From Octopus vulgaris (Eukaryota): DNA of 64,000 nucleotides. Shown here in pieces: positions 11,491-23,143 of this stretch. The notes below the pieces were generated by a model, which saw only the letters and a list, made by a program, of their open reading frames with translations, had not been told where the DNA came from and did no database searches. The position numbers and the translations under genes were made by a program. The stretch's first letter is position 1, and the number at the start of each line of letters is the position of its first letter. Where the stretch lies: the NCBI GenBank assembly GCA_951406725.2, contig OX597821.1:41106001-41170000 (forward strand), read 5' to 3'.

Positions 11491-12854
11491 TTTGTTGTTG
11501 AGTTGCAACATGAATAAGTGCTCAATACAAATATACAATACAGCAGTTTCTTGAAGCTGGACTTGTGTTTTGTTACTGTGGAGATTCCATGGCATGCACC
11601 CACTACTTCAGCTAAGTCAAATTTGGTCAAGTGGCGAATGCCTCAAGACTCCAATGGAGGAACTAGTGCGAAGAAATGAGTGCTAAAGAATCAGACACAT
11701 GGGAATTATTGACCAAATATAAACTTATAATGCGGTATTTAACTGGTGGTGGTGCCGTGGGGGAGGGGGTATCAGCAGAATAGAAAAGAAGGGAAGAAAA
11801 GGAAGGAAAAAAGATAGAAAGGGAATAGGTAGAAAAATGTTGGAAGAATAAATAGGTAAAATACATTAAGTAGAAAGGAGAGGGGGAAAAAGAAGGAAGG
11901 GAAAGGGAAGCAGAAAAAAGGGAAGAGGAAAAAAGGATGCAACTGTATGTAGACACATACGTTACATACAGGCACATACATACATACACTTGCATTAACA
12001 TTGTTACATACACATACATAACACATGCATAGAAAGTCCTGCACACACTCACATGTAGCGGTAAGGGCACACATCCTTGAACTCGGGCATTCTAGCACGC
12101 AGTTTGATGTTGCCCGTTGAAAGGATCAGGATATGAAGACATGATAAATGAATAACCAAGCAAAGACACGGGACAGTCAAATAAAACTGGACAAAGGGGC
12201 AGGAAAAAGAAGTAAATAAATAAATAAATAAAAAGATAAATAAAAAGAAGCTAAAATAAAAGATCGATCGTGTGATGGAATGGAATAAAGTGATAACAAA
12301 GCTGAAGAAATATTGACAATAAAGTGATGATGATGATGATGAGGATGATGACGATGACAACGATGATGATGATATGAAATGGAATGTCAACGGTCATAAT
12401 AATAATAATAATAATAATAAGGATAATGATAATAACGACAACACAACAACAACAATGCCAATGATAATAATAATGATGATAATGATAATAATGATGATGA
12501 TGATGATGAAATGCATTTGTTTTCTCTCCCTTTTCTCTTTCATTTTCTCTTTCCTTTCCCCTCCCCCTTCTTTCCTATCTCCAGTATTTTCATTTAACAG
12601 TTTTCTTCTTCTTCTTCTTCCCCCCCACTTTTTTTCATGTTAATTTCTTACACTTTTCTCTTCTAATGACCCTCACCTAAACTCTGCATCATAAGCCAAA
12701 CTAGTGCTGTTTGTTTACCACTAGCAAAATCACATCTCACCCATTTTGGCTTTGTTGTTGTTTTTTGGTGAGGGGGATAATTCTTGTACATTACATCTGC
12801 CATCATATACATATATAAGATATATATATATATATATATATATAGATATATATA

Positions 12855-13245
12855 TAAGTAGTTGAATGAATTATCTTAGTATGGATAATTTGGTTAACCG
12901 ATACATGGGTAGCAAATTCGCGTCAGAAAAACACGGTTGAAGCTACATGCCAAGGGCAGAGATCACGTGCTTTCGTGTGGAAATTTGTGTGTTTTTTTAA
13001 TACAAATAAATGAAAGAATGGAGTTGAACGACGATTTAACAAAATTCCTTTATTCTCGACATATGTTCCGAAGGCTGCATATTCCTAATTTCGAAAGAAT
13101 AAGGGGTGCATTATGCCGCCTTCTCATCAGGAAAAACAAGGAACTTATGTCAGCATCAAGATGAACAAAAACTTTTAAATGACTGCCCACACAGAGCCCA
13201 TAGCGATAATTTTGTTAAATCGTTGTTCAACACCATTCTTTCATT

Positions 13246-13252
<7 letters not shown>
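12855..13252 (-). mobile_element. PLE-like terminal-repeat element with inverted arms (~13000-13046 / 13208-13252) between (AT)n tracts
   Basis: ~45 bp inverted arms enclosing a hammerhead motif. Confidence 0.7.
13053..13135 (-). ncRNA. Hammerhead ribozyme with extended stem II; one core substitution
   Basis: ttttc-CTGATGA-gaaggc-g-gcata...tatgc-a-gccttc-GGAA-catatg-TC-gagaa; palindromic stem III, GUC triplet; GAAA reads GGAA. Confidence 0.7.
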
Positions 13253-13341
<89 letters not shown>

Positions 13342-13432
13342 TCATCATCATCATCATCACCATCATTATATATATATATATCGTCATCATCATCATCATC
13401 ATATATATATGTTTATATATATATATATAAAC

Positions 13433-13483
<51 letters not shown>

Positions 13484-13967
13484 AATATAAGGGTGAACCA
13501 CTATGTGGAAACCCTTACGCTAGAAGAAGATCCGTTAAGGTCTCAACCACTAAGAATTGTTCTCCAGAAAATTAACTCCACTGGTGTTAAATTGATGTTA
13601 TTAAATTAATGTCCAATTTTTCACCCTCATCTTGATTTTATATATTTATATATATATATATATATAAATTTATAGCAAAAGTGGGAGTGGTGTTTCCACG
13701 CAGGAAAAAAATATATAGGAAAATGTGTTGCTGAAAATGCACTTAAATTTCAAAAACTCGTGAATGTTTAAAATACATTTATTTACATATGTACCAAATT
13801 AGTTTCAATTGAATTTGATTTCAAATTCGATTCTTATATCTACATAACCAAGCTGTATAGTTGAAAATAAGGCATGGATTCTATGTTTAACTGTTCAGAT
13901 TGAACCCTTTTGTTACCATATTTTTTGTTTATCAATGGTAAAAGTGTAAAAACATCGTTACAAATTT

Positions 13968-14004
<37 letters not shown>

Positions 14005-14481
14005 AAAGGAAGAAAATGAAGAAATTGATATACAAACATTAGTTTATTCAATGATATTCAAATCCATATAATAAAATTCATGTCCTACAGCCGTTTCCTT
14101 ATCCGATTAGTTCAATTACAGAAATTAAATTTGATTTAATTTAAATTTACATACTGGAACTGGTTAATTGATACAATTAAATATGTGTGTGTGCATGTGT
14201 CAGAATGGTGTGTGTGAATGTGTGTATGTGAATAGGGTTAGTGACTTTGTTGTGTGTGTGTGCATGTGTAAGTGTGTGTGGGGGGCAGGGGTGGGAGTGT
14301 GGTGGATGTGTGGGGGCATGAGGTTGGGGGTGGGGTTTCAATGAAGAGAAGAGGTGGGTAGGAGTGAAGAGAGGAAGTAAGTGTGAAATGTTTATCTATT
14401 AATCTAAGGAAAATATATCTATATACATACACACATACACATAGACACATATATTTATGTGTACATGTGTGTGTGTGCATA

Positions 14482-14517
<36 letters not shown>

Positions 14518-14537
14518 TGTATGTATATATGTATATA

Positions 14538-14604
<67 letters not shown>

Positions 14605-14921
14605 AATATATATAAAAATACAAAATGGGACAAGAACGCAAAACATTCAAATAGATGACACAAAAAACGGATGGGTCATTTGAAGCCTCTAATCTTCAGT
14701 CAAGAACCGGATCATCCTCGTAATTTTGGCTGATTAATCTTGAGATCGCTCCGATTAGGCCAGCCCCAAGGAAAACTAAGCTACGAGCATTAGATTTCTT
14801 GGAAAAAGGATCGATTGTATACGAAACAAGGAGAGAAAAATGGACGATGCCACACGAATATAAATACAAAAAAAACAATAATAATAATAGCAGGACAAAA
14901 ACAACGGGTGTCTTATGTATA

Positions 14922-14996
<75 letters not shown>

Positions 14997-15001
<5 letters not shown>

Positions 15002-15818
15002 CTTCAATCTAGCAAAAAGAATATGCACTATAGTCTCTAATGCAAACACCAGAGACACACGACTACAAGAACTAAAAGATACCCTTATCACCAGGAACTA
15101 TCCACCTTCACTTATTGACAAGTGCATTCAACGTGCCCTTCAACTTAACATCAAGGAACTGAGACATCCCAAATCAAAGAAAAACTTACGACCAAAAGCC
15201 TTACCATACATCTCCACACACAACCCTCTCAATAACGAAGCCTTCGGCACCATCCTCCACAACATACCCCTCCTAAAAAAAGACCACAGAATGAACACAA
15301 TCCTCCAAACACACACGATCATAAAAAGCAAGAGACAGCCTAAATCTATGAAAAGTCTTCTAACACAAGCCCGAATTCACTCTTCAACACAGAAGCCGAC
15401 AGTAAAAAAATGTGGAAGACCCAATTGCGGGATATGCGATTATCTAATTGAGGGATCAGAGTTCTCCTTCAAACAGGGACAACGGTTTACAGTGAAAAGC
15501 AACTTCACATGTGCTTCGGAGAACCTAATATACTCACTAACCTGCTCCGGGTGTCAAGAGCAGTACATAGGCCAAACAAAAAATAGTTTGCGTAAAAGAA
15601 TGGCCCTGCACAGATCCCAGATAAAAATTTCCCAAAACAGAAAAATAGCTTTCAGCCAACACATAGATACTTGCGCCAACAACAAAACATCAGGCTTCAG
15701 GATTTTCCCCCTCTACCAATTTAGGGACGATACAACCTCGATACAACGAATAAGTAAAGAAACTCTCTTTATTACAAAATACAGGCCACTTCTTAACGGG
15801 TCTACGACAAACGATTAA
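14997..15818 (+). CDS. PLE polyprotein C-terminus: RT thumb, Cys-rich linker, GIY-YIG endonuclease (no native start; truncated)
   Basis: IPFNLAKRICTIVS...RNYPPSLI; KCGRPNCGIC; NLIYSLTCSGCQEQYIGQTKNSLRKRMALH; KETLFITKYRPLLN; ~273 codons with no stop. Confidence 0.9.
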
Positions 15819-16514
15819 TATACCTCAACTTTAGAATAAAAGAAATACACACACAAATATTACATTCCAAAGAATCCATCGCAAATCAGCCCCAATCACA
15901 GCTATAATCCATAACATGCCAACTTCAAGTCATACAACACCTCACTACTTTCACCCATTCATATTCTCCCTTCTCTTTTTTCTTCTTCTTCCTCTTCTTC
16001 TTCATCATCATCATTATCATCATCATCGTCGTCATCATCATCACCATCATTATCATCATCTTCTTCTTCTCCTTCTCTTCTTCTTCTTCTTCTTCTTCTT
16101 CTTCTTCTTCATCATCATCATAATCATCAACATCGTCATCTTCTTCTTCTTCTTCTTCTTCTTCTTCTTCTTCTTCTTCTCCACCTTCTACCTCTTAACT
16201 TTATTACTAATGCTTTTTAGTATAACACCTACGCAAATTCCATAAACAAACCTTTCAATAGAAATATTCTCCTGAATTGAACTGCAACTGACCATTCAAA
16301 ATACGACAATCAAGGCACTCCCAAATTTTTCCACCCCTTCTCCTCATCATCCTTCTTCTTCTACCCTACCAAGAATTCACAACGACCTCGAACACACAAG
16401 CGCAAACAAGGAGACAGAGAAAGGCAGAATGCCACTTATATTTGAACACTATACAAATATTCCTTTAAAAAAACTTTTCTTCTAATTTTTCTAAATTTAA
16501 TTATTTAATTGTTA

Positions 16515-16552
16515 CAGTTGAAAAGGTCTCAAAATGACCGAAACCGGTACTG
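16515..16552 (+). ncRNA. Hammerhead ribozyme with U3-A8 covariant core in the PLE 3' end
   Basis: cag-TTGAAAA-ggtc-tcaaaat-gacc-GAAA-ccgg-TA-ctg; palindromic stem III, GUA triplet. Confidence 0.75.
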
Positions 16553-16724
16553 AAATGTTCTTTATAAAATTATTTTAGCATTTTATATTTTGACTTGTTT
16601 TTTCATATATATCAACTCGTGTGTTCCTTTTCACCCTTATACATATATATATATATGTATATACATATGCAACTATGTAATGCATGGTCAGGAAAACCAT
16701 GACTCATTTCTGCTTTGTGCATAC

Positions 16725-16960
16725 TGTTCATAATAGTTAGAATGGTGTCCTCATCTTGATTGTTGATTTCACTATGCTTTGGTTGTTGTATGCTCCAATC
16801 CTTCATTAGTTGTCTTTTATTGGACTTGGTTGCTGTATTAGAATTACGATTCAACAATCAAGTTCAACCCAAGACACCTGAAGAATGCTGCACAACAGCT
16901 GATATGTAGTGAAATCAACCATCAAGATGAGGAAGGCACCAGTCTGCCTAATATAAGCAG
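16725..16960. mobile_element. Old inverted pair of hammerhead-type elements related to the 21755-22402 family
   Basis: ccaagacac-CTGAAGA-atgctg...cagc...tagtg...caagatgagga on +; inverted counterpart tcctcatcttgattgttgatttcacta at ~16748-16775. Confidence 0.55.
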
Positions 16961-16994
16961 GGTACAGAATATAAATCCTGAAGCACACAAATAT

Positions 16995-17315
16995 CATCAT
17001 CATCATCGTTTAACGCCCGTTTTTCATGCTAGCATGGGTTGGACGGTTCGACTGGGGTCTGGGAAGCCAGAAGGCTGCATCAGGCTCCAGTCTGATCTGG
17101 TAGTGTTTCTACAGTTGGATGCCCTTCCTAATGCCAACCACTCCGTGAGTGTAGTGGGTGCTTTTTACATGCCACCGGCACAGGTTCCAGGCAAGGCTGG
17201 CAACAGCCATGATCGGTTGGTGCTTTTTACATGCCACCGGCACGGAAGCCAGTCAAGGCAGCGCTGGCATCAGCCATGTTCAGATGGTGCCTTTTTACAT
17301 GCCACCAGCACAGGA
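16995..17315 (-). mobile_element. SINE-like family C, with (GAT)n tail and internal ~60-bp tandem units
   Basis: Conserved ctacagytggatgcccttcctaatgccaaccact block and gtttaacg/(cat)n end; about 10 copies in the window. Confidence 0.85.
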
Positions 17316-18004
17316 ATCACAGAATTGTATTATCTGTTTTGTTTGAATAATTTAAAATGAAAACTAATTTCAAATACAATCAAAGATTTTAGGCCTAGAT
17401 TTTTGAAATCAGAAATAAATGGAAATGTATGAAATTCAAACAGCATTTTCCATGGATCAGTTAGCAAATATTTTAGCAGAAAAATCTCGATTATTTTAAA
17501 GTCTGTGAGCAATTTTATTCATTTTATTCAAATAATTGATTTTTACGTAATTCATCCAGAGAGCTTTAAGAATTATTGCTCTAATTCTGAGAAACAAAAT
17601 AAATATGTGTTTTCGCAGAGTTAAGGGATATTATTTGTTTTATTGAAAGTAAAAGAAAAATATAATTTGTGTCAGTTCCTATTAATGTCAGTAAACGCAT
17701 CTGTTTTGGTTAATTTTGTCAAATGAGAGGCTGAACTGGAAATCTAAAGAAAACACAACATACAAAAATTTTCACTTTCTTAATAAATTGGTATTCAAAT
17801 AATTTCAAAGTTGAATTGCCAAGTACATCGACTAACACTTAAGTAATAATTTGAATTTTGCATAATTAAGCTAAATAACCTTATTTAACAAGATAATTTA
17901 GAGATAGCATGATGGATTGTCTTTCTGAAACTGGTCTAATGGAGAAATCAAGTCAACGTTAATTTGTTGTTTTACATCAGATTTAACCTCAAAATATTTA
18001 TGAA

Positions 18005-18060
<56 letters not shown>

Positions 18061-18687
18061 TCACACACACACACACATACACATACTCGCACACACACAC
18101 ACATTTACAAGAAAAAGTAATGTTACATTGGTTAAACATTTAGAATATTTGAGACAAAAATTCTGGTATGGAATCATCGTCATCATCATCTTTTAAGGTC
18201 CATCTTCCATGCTGCAATGGGTTAGACAGTACAACAGCCTATGGGGAACCAAACAACTGTGTTGAGCTCCAATGTCTGCTTTGCCATGGTCTCTAAAGTT
18301 GGATCTCCTCTCAAGTTCCACTCACTTTACAAAGTGTACTTGGTGCTTTTTTTTCAGAATGTACTTGGTGCCACTGGCACAAGAAAGGTCACCAAATAAC
18401 TTACAAGACAGAAGAAGCCACCCACGCCAACTGGATAGAGATGTAATAGAGAAGAAGGTGACTTTATGCCAGGCGTTGAAAGGCTAAACCTTGACAGAGG
18501 GACAGGAACCAGTGTCCTGCGATAGAGACGATGTATGGCTACCCTGCATTATATAAGGGTCGCTGGCTGGAGCAACTGACAAAAGTGATACAGTTGGGGT
18601 TGGTGGAATATCGGTGTTTAGTCTCAAAGTACAAGAAAGTGAGTGTAAAGTAGAGAATAGGGAGAGAGAAACTGAGAAGAATGGTTC

Positions 18688-19165
18688 TTCATCATCATCA
18701 TCATCATCATCGTTTAACGTCTGCTTTCCATGCTGGCATGGGTTGGACGATTTGACTGAGGTCTGGTGAACCAGATGGCTGCACCAGACTCCAATCTGAT
18801 CTGGCAATGTTTCTACAGCTGGATGCCCTTCCTAATGCCAACCACTCCAAGAGTGTAGTGGGTGCTTTTACATGCCACCAGCACGAGGGCCAGTCAGGCG
18901 GTACTGGCAACGGCCACACATGCTTGTTATGTGCAACCTGCACAGGAGCCAGTCCAGCGGCACTGGCAGCGACCTCGCTCGAATGTTTTTTCACGTGCCA
19001 CTAGCACAAGTGCTAATAAGGCGACACAGGTAATGATCACGCACGAATGGTGTTTTTAACGTGCCATCAGCTCAGATGCCAGCTTGTTGCTCTGGCCCTG
19101 ATCTCCCTCATATGGTACTCTTAGCGCTCCGCTAGCATGAATGCCAGTCATTGAATTTGATTTCG
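18688..19165 (-). mobile_element. SINE-like family C
   Basis: Same diagnostic blocks with several internal tandem units. Confidence 0.85.
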
Positions 19166-19246
19166 AATTCGATTCTTATATCTACATTACCAAACTGTAT
19201 AGTTGAAAATAAGGCATGGATTCTATGTTTAACTGTTCAGATTGAA

Positions 19247-19469
19247 CCCTTTTGTTACCATATTTCTGTTGAGAGACTCTGTGTTCTATTCAATTAATTT
19301 TAAATATAACAAAGAATTAAGTGAAATAACGTAGTTATCATTGAGCAAATGTTAGGAACATAAATTGTGACTAAGGTTTTGTGGAAGATTTTTAATTCAG
19401 CAATGTTGAAAATAAGACATTTGTACTATAGAGCTAGAGGTGGTTTCAGGTGGGTTGGTAAAAAAAGGG
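19247..19469. mobile_element. piggyBac-like MITE
   Basis: tgaa|cccttttgttacca ... tggtaaaaaaaggg|ttaa termini; decayed relatives at ~48280-48490 and ~48797-49003. Confidence 0.65.
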
Positions 19470-19959
19470 TTAAACTTCACATTTAAAAAGAGAAAATATC
19501 TTGACAATTGCAGTGTAATTATAATGATAGTTTAATGAACTATGAATATCTTGATTCATAAAGTTTCACCAAAGTCTAACTCAATTTCAGAATGTAAGAG
19601 ACAGAGCAATTTTAAAATTTAACTGTTTTTAGTTCTACTCTTCCTGAAATTCTTGATACCAGAAAAGAAACAAAGTAAAGCATTTTTGAATTATGGTATT
19701 ATATGTAGGTCTGCATTTCAAATGAATGTGTAACGAACTTAGTGAGTGTATATATTCTCTCTTGTACTTTCGGGGTACAAGAGGCAATCACTAGCCGTTG
19801 CTTTAATAATCCAGAATTCTACCAGTCAGAAACAACAAGACGCAGACGTAAAAGATATATATACTACTTTATTCTCTTTCTTGGTAACAGTAACAATAAG
19901 TGGTTATCTGATGTCCTTGGTTCTGGGTGCGCAAGGCTGAAAGTTAATCGATTGTAATA

Positions 19960-20400
19960 TTTACAATGTTCAGCCACTAAAAACAGAACGGGTTAAAGAT
20001 GGCGTCGAACAATGGAGACGATGTTGGTCTGCAACAATTTTGTTAAAGGCCTTTTGGTATGGTGCTGCTAGAATCAAGTTCGAACGGAGAGAAAATATAT
20101 CGTGACCGTCGCCTTCAGTCGCTACTGTCTCAAGTCCCCGCTGACTGCTGCCAGTGGCCAAACGTCTTACGACCCCCTTGCCTCGTCTAACTACCACGTA
20201 GGCAAAAGGGTCGTGCTTCCGGTGGTTCGCGCATGCGCGAGAGGGCCCTTCCTTTCTGTGCCTTGGTGAAGGCACCAACACTCGCACGCGCGAAATAGAA
20301 AATGGACGGTGCGCACGCGCGCACCGTTATAGGATCACTACAAATGAAATGTATTGATCTGCCATATAATAAACTCAAGATTTAAAACAGATCACATGGT
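19960..20400. promoter_or_regulatory. CpG-rich promoter-like island, possibly bidirectional
   Basis: The one strongly CpG-rich unique stretch; YY1-like aagatggcg (19996), ETS-like cttccgg (20216), NRF1-type palindrome tcgcgcatgcgcga (20227-20240), second GC near-palindrome 20306-20327, donor ATG|gtgagt at 20398. Confidence 0.7.
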
Positions 20401-21754
20401 GAGTACATTTCAAAATCTCTTTTGTTAATAAAATACCTCCTGTATTTGTGAAACATTTCTCAGTTTGGTTGAATGAATGACACCTTGATAAAAAGTATGG
20501 AATGCATTGGTTGAAAGATTTACAACGAGAGGCAAATTACTTACTGCTGTAAAGTGAGCGTTTAACTTTGGTGAATTATATCTCGGTTTGCTGGAGTGTT
20601 GAGTAGTTGTGTCTTCGCTACAATAGCTGTTGCCTTAGAGAAATGTTCAGAATTTTAATGGAGTGCATGTCAAGATATTTCAGTTCCTTCACAGAATTTC
20701 TTTCTTAGTTAACAAAATGTCACGTTCTTTAAGTGATGTATTAGTCATTCCTTTGCTACATCACATATCCGATTGCTACAATCACTACATACAATCTCTA
20801 ACCCTTCCACAATACTTTTTATTTCTTATTTCTTCCTAGTTTCACTTGATAAATCTCGTGATTTTTGTTTATCTCATAAAGCACCCACCGTATGTGAGAA
20901 AATATTTATGTTTTTATTGTACTCGCCATTGTTTCTTAAATGCATTTATCTTTCTGGATCAACAAATAATGTGGACATTTACTATGTTAAAACAGATATG
21001 AGATTTTTTTTAAAGAAAATACACTGTTAAGGAACAGGAGTTTCTTTTCTTTTTCAATTTACATTATGCTGTTATTCAGAGGTGAGTAAAATAATATATC
21101 TTTAGCCATTCAACACCAGGATACAGGAACATGAAATGCAATGTGAAATTTTATCTGACAGTCAAGTGAACCAATAAATTTTAATTTATTAACCTGAGAT
21201 CTGCAGTGAAAGAGGGAAAGACATCATTAACTAAATCAACAACAGTAAACATCCTTGGAATTTAAATTTACTAAAATTTATTTAAAATATAATGCAGAGA
21301 TAAGGTTGTATTTTGGTAGTCCTTCATATCCAGAATTAGAAGGTAACACTTTTTTTCTCATACTTTTGGTCTCATTTGAATTCAAATTTTTTGTTCCAAT
21401 CTTTCAAACATGTTACAGTCCAGTTGTCTTTTCTATGCACAATAAAATATTTGTAAATAATTTATTGAAAACAATCCTCATAAGAAAAAAGTAAAGCAAG
21501 AAAGTTTGTTGGTCAAAACTTTTAATACTTTTTTCTCTTTCCCAATTGTTTGTTTTTTAACTCTACAAAAATTTTCCTCATCACTGTGGTAGAAACGATG
21601 ACAAGTTCCAAGACAATTGAATATTTTGTAACTCAAAGATATCAGCACATTCTAGTGATTTAGTGATAAGTACAGGTAGCATTGGCAGAGAAAAGTGAAG
21701 GGCAAGGTAGTTTGTTAACAAGGAAATCACCAAATGCAACATAACAAGATTATT

Positions 21755-21927
21755 TAATTATTTACATTATTTACAATTGACAGATATTTGCCCTTATCTT
21801 GTTTGTTCCAATCAATGTTTGTTCCAACACAATGTTTCGGCTGATATACCCTCCAGCCTTCATCAGGTGTCTTGGGGAAATTTCGAATCTGGGTTCTCAT
21901 TCCTAAGGTATTTTTCGATGTTATTTC

Positions 21928-22016
<89 letters not shown>

Positions 22017-22162
22017 TCACTGCCTGGAATCATACTCAGAATCTTGGTATTAGTAGCCTGTGCTCTTAACCACTACACCATATGCCTGTGTGCATATGGC
22101 GTAGTGGTTAAGAGCGCAGGCTACTAACCCAAGATTCCGAGTATAAGTACTTAGGTAAAACA

Positions 22163-22238
<76 letters not shown>

Positions 22239-22402
22239 CATCGAAAAATACCTTAGGAATGAGAACTCAGGCACCCAATGAAGGCTGGAGGGTATCTCAG
22301 CCAAAATGTTGTGTTAACAACAAAGAAGATGAGGACAAATATCCGTCAAATGTAAATAATGTAATAATGTATATAATTCCTCATCTCTTAAATATAGAAC
22401 TG
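21755..22402. mobile_element. Head-to-head inverted pair of tRNA-head + (TAA)n + hammerhead elements
   Basis: Left copy 22086->21755 (-) and right copy 22091->22402 (+); box A tggcgtagtgg; homologous tails. Confidence 0.85.
21827..21870 (-). ncRNA. Minimal type I hammerhead ribozyme
   Basis: acac-CTGATGA-a-ggctg-gagggtatat-cagcc-GAAA-ca-TT-gtgt; the sister copy has tg in place of ca, implying ancestral cg (aacgtt palindrome). Confidence 0.75.
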
Positions 22403-22906
22403 AAGAATATTTAAATCATGAATATGCCATTTAATGAGCCATCTTCTCTTTATTTTGCAGAAAATTTGCAAAGGTTAACCAAAATATTTTAAATTCAATG
22501 GTTTTTGCATCCCAACATATATTTTAATGAGGAACATCTTGCATTTTACCAAATTTTCAGTGGCACCAAAGTCGAAGTATTCACATAGTGCTCTTTATTA
22601 GTCAAGTGTCTTTTGTCTTTCATCTTATTTTCTTGTTCCAGTTATTAGACTGCAGCCATGTTGGGGCACAGCCTTGAAGAATTTTTAGTTGAATCAATTG
22701 ACGCCAGCCCTTATTTTTACATTTTAAGCCTGGTACTTATTGTGTCTGTGTCTTTTGCTGAACCGCTAAGTTACAGGGATGTAAATTCACCATCATCAAT
22801 GGTGTCATGCCAGTTGAGAGATTAAAGAAGGAGAGAGACAGAAGTCTTGCTGTAGAGACATGGAGACCCCAATTGGAAACAGAATGAAAATGAGTTAGAG
22901 AGTAAA

Positions 22907-23143
22907 GGCTGCAAGCTGGCAGAAACGTTAGCATGCCGGACGAAATGCTTAGCAGTATATCGTCTGCTGCTATGTTCTGAGTTCAAATTCCGCTGAGGTC
23001 AACTTTGCCTTTCATCCTTTCAGGGTCGATAAATTAAGTACCAGTTATGCACTGGGGGGGGGGTCGATATAATCGACTTAATCCGTTTGTCTGTCCTTGT
23101 TTGTCGTCTCTGTGTTTAGCCCCTTGTGGGTAGTAAAGAAATA
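22907..23143 (+). mobile_element. tRNA-derived SINE family B, with Meta/MESC-like core
   Basis: gagttcaaattcc box B followed by gcctttcatcctttcagggtcgataaattaagtaccag core; more than 15 copies or fragments in the window. Confidence 0.88.

Larger units (their letters stand above)
14997..16640 (+). mobile_element. 5'-truncated Penelope-like retroelement (Neptune-type) inserted in (AT)n
   Basis: GIY-YIG ORF, long 3' region, terminal hammerhead at 16515-16552, (AT)n on both flanks. Confidence 0.9.

Noticed and set aside
14660-14705. Minus-strand CTGAAGA in an (AT)n-flanked repeat
   Set aside because: No GAAA or stem III downstream
14799-14996. N-terminal part of the 339-aa ORF
   Set aside because: It runs through a different repeat fragment and an (AT)n tract (YIYIYI); this is a chance in-frame fusion to the truncated PLE ORF
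22012-22141. Functional tRNA genes
   Set aside because: T-arm and acceptor stem are degenerate or truncated and joined to a repeat tail; these are SINE-type heads
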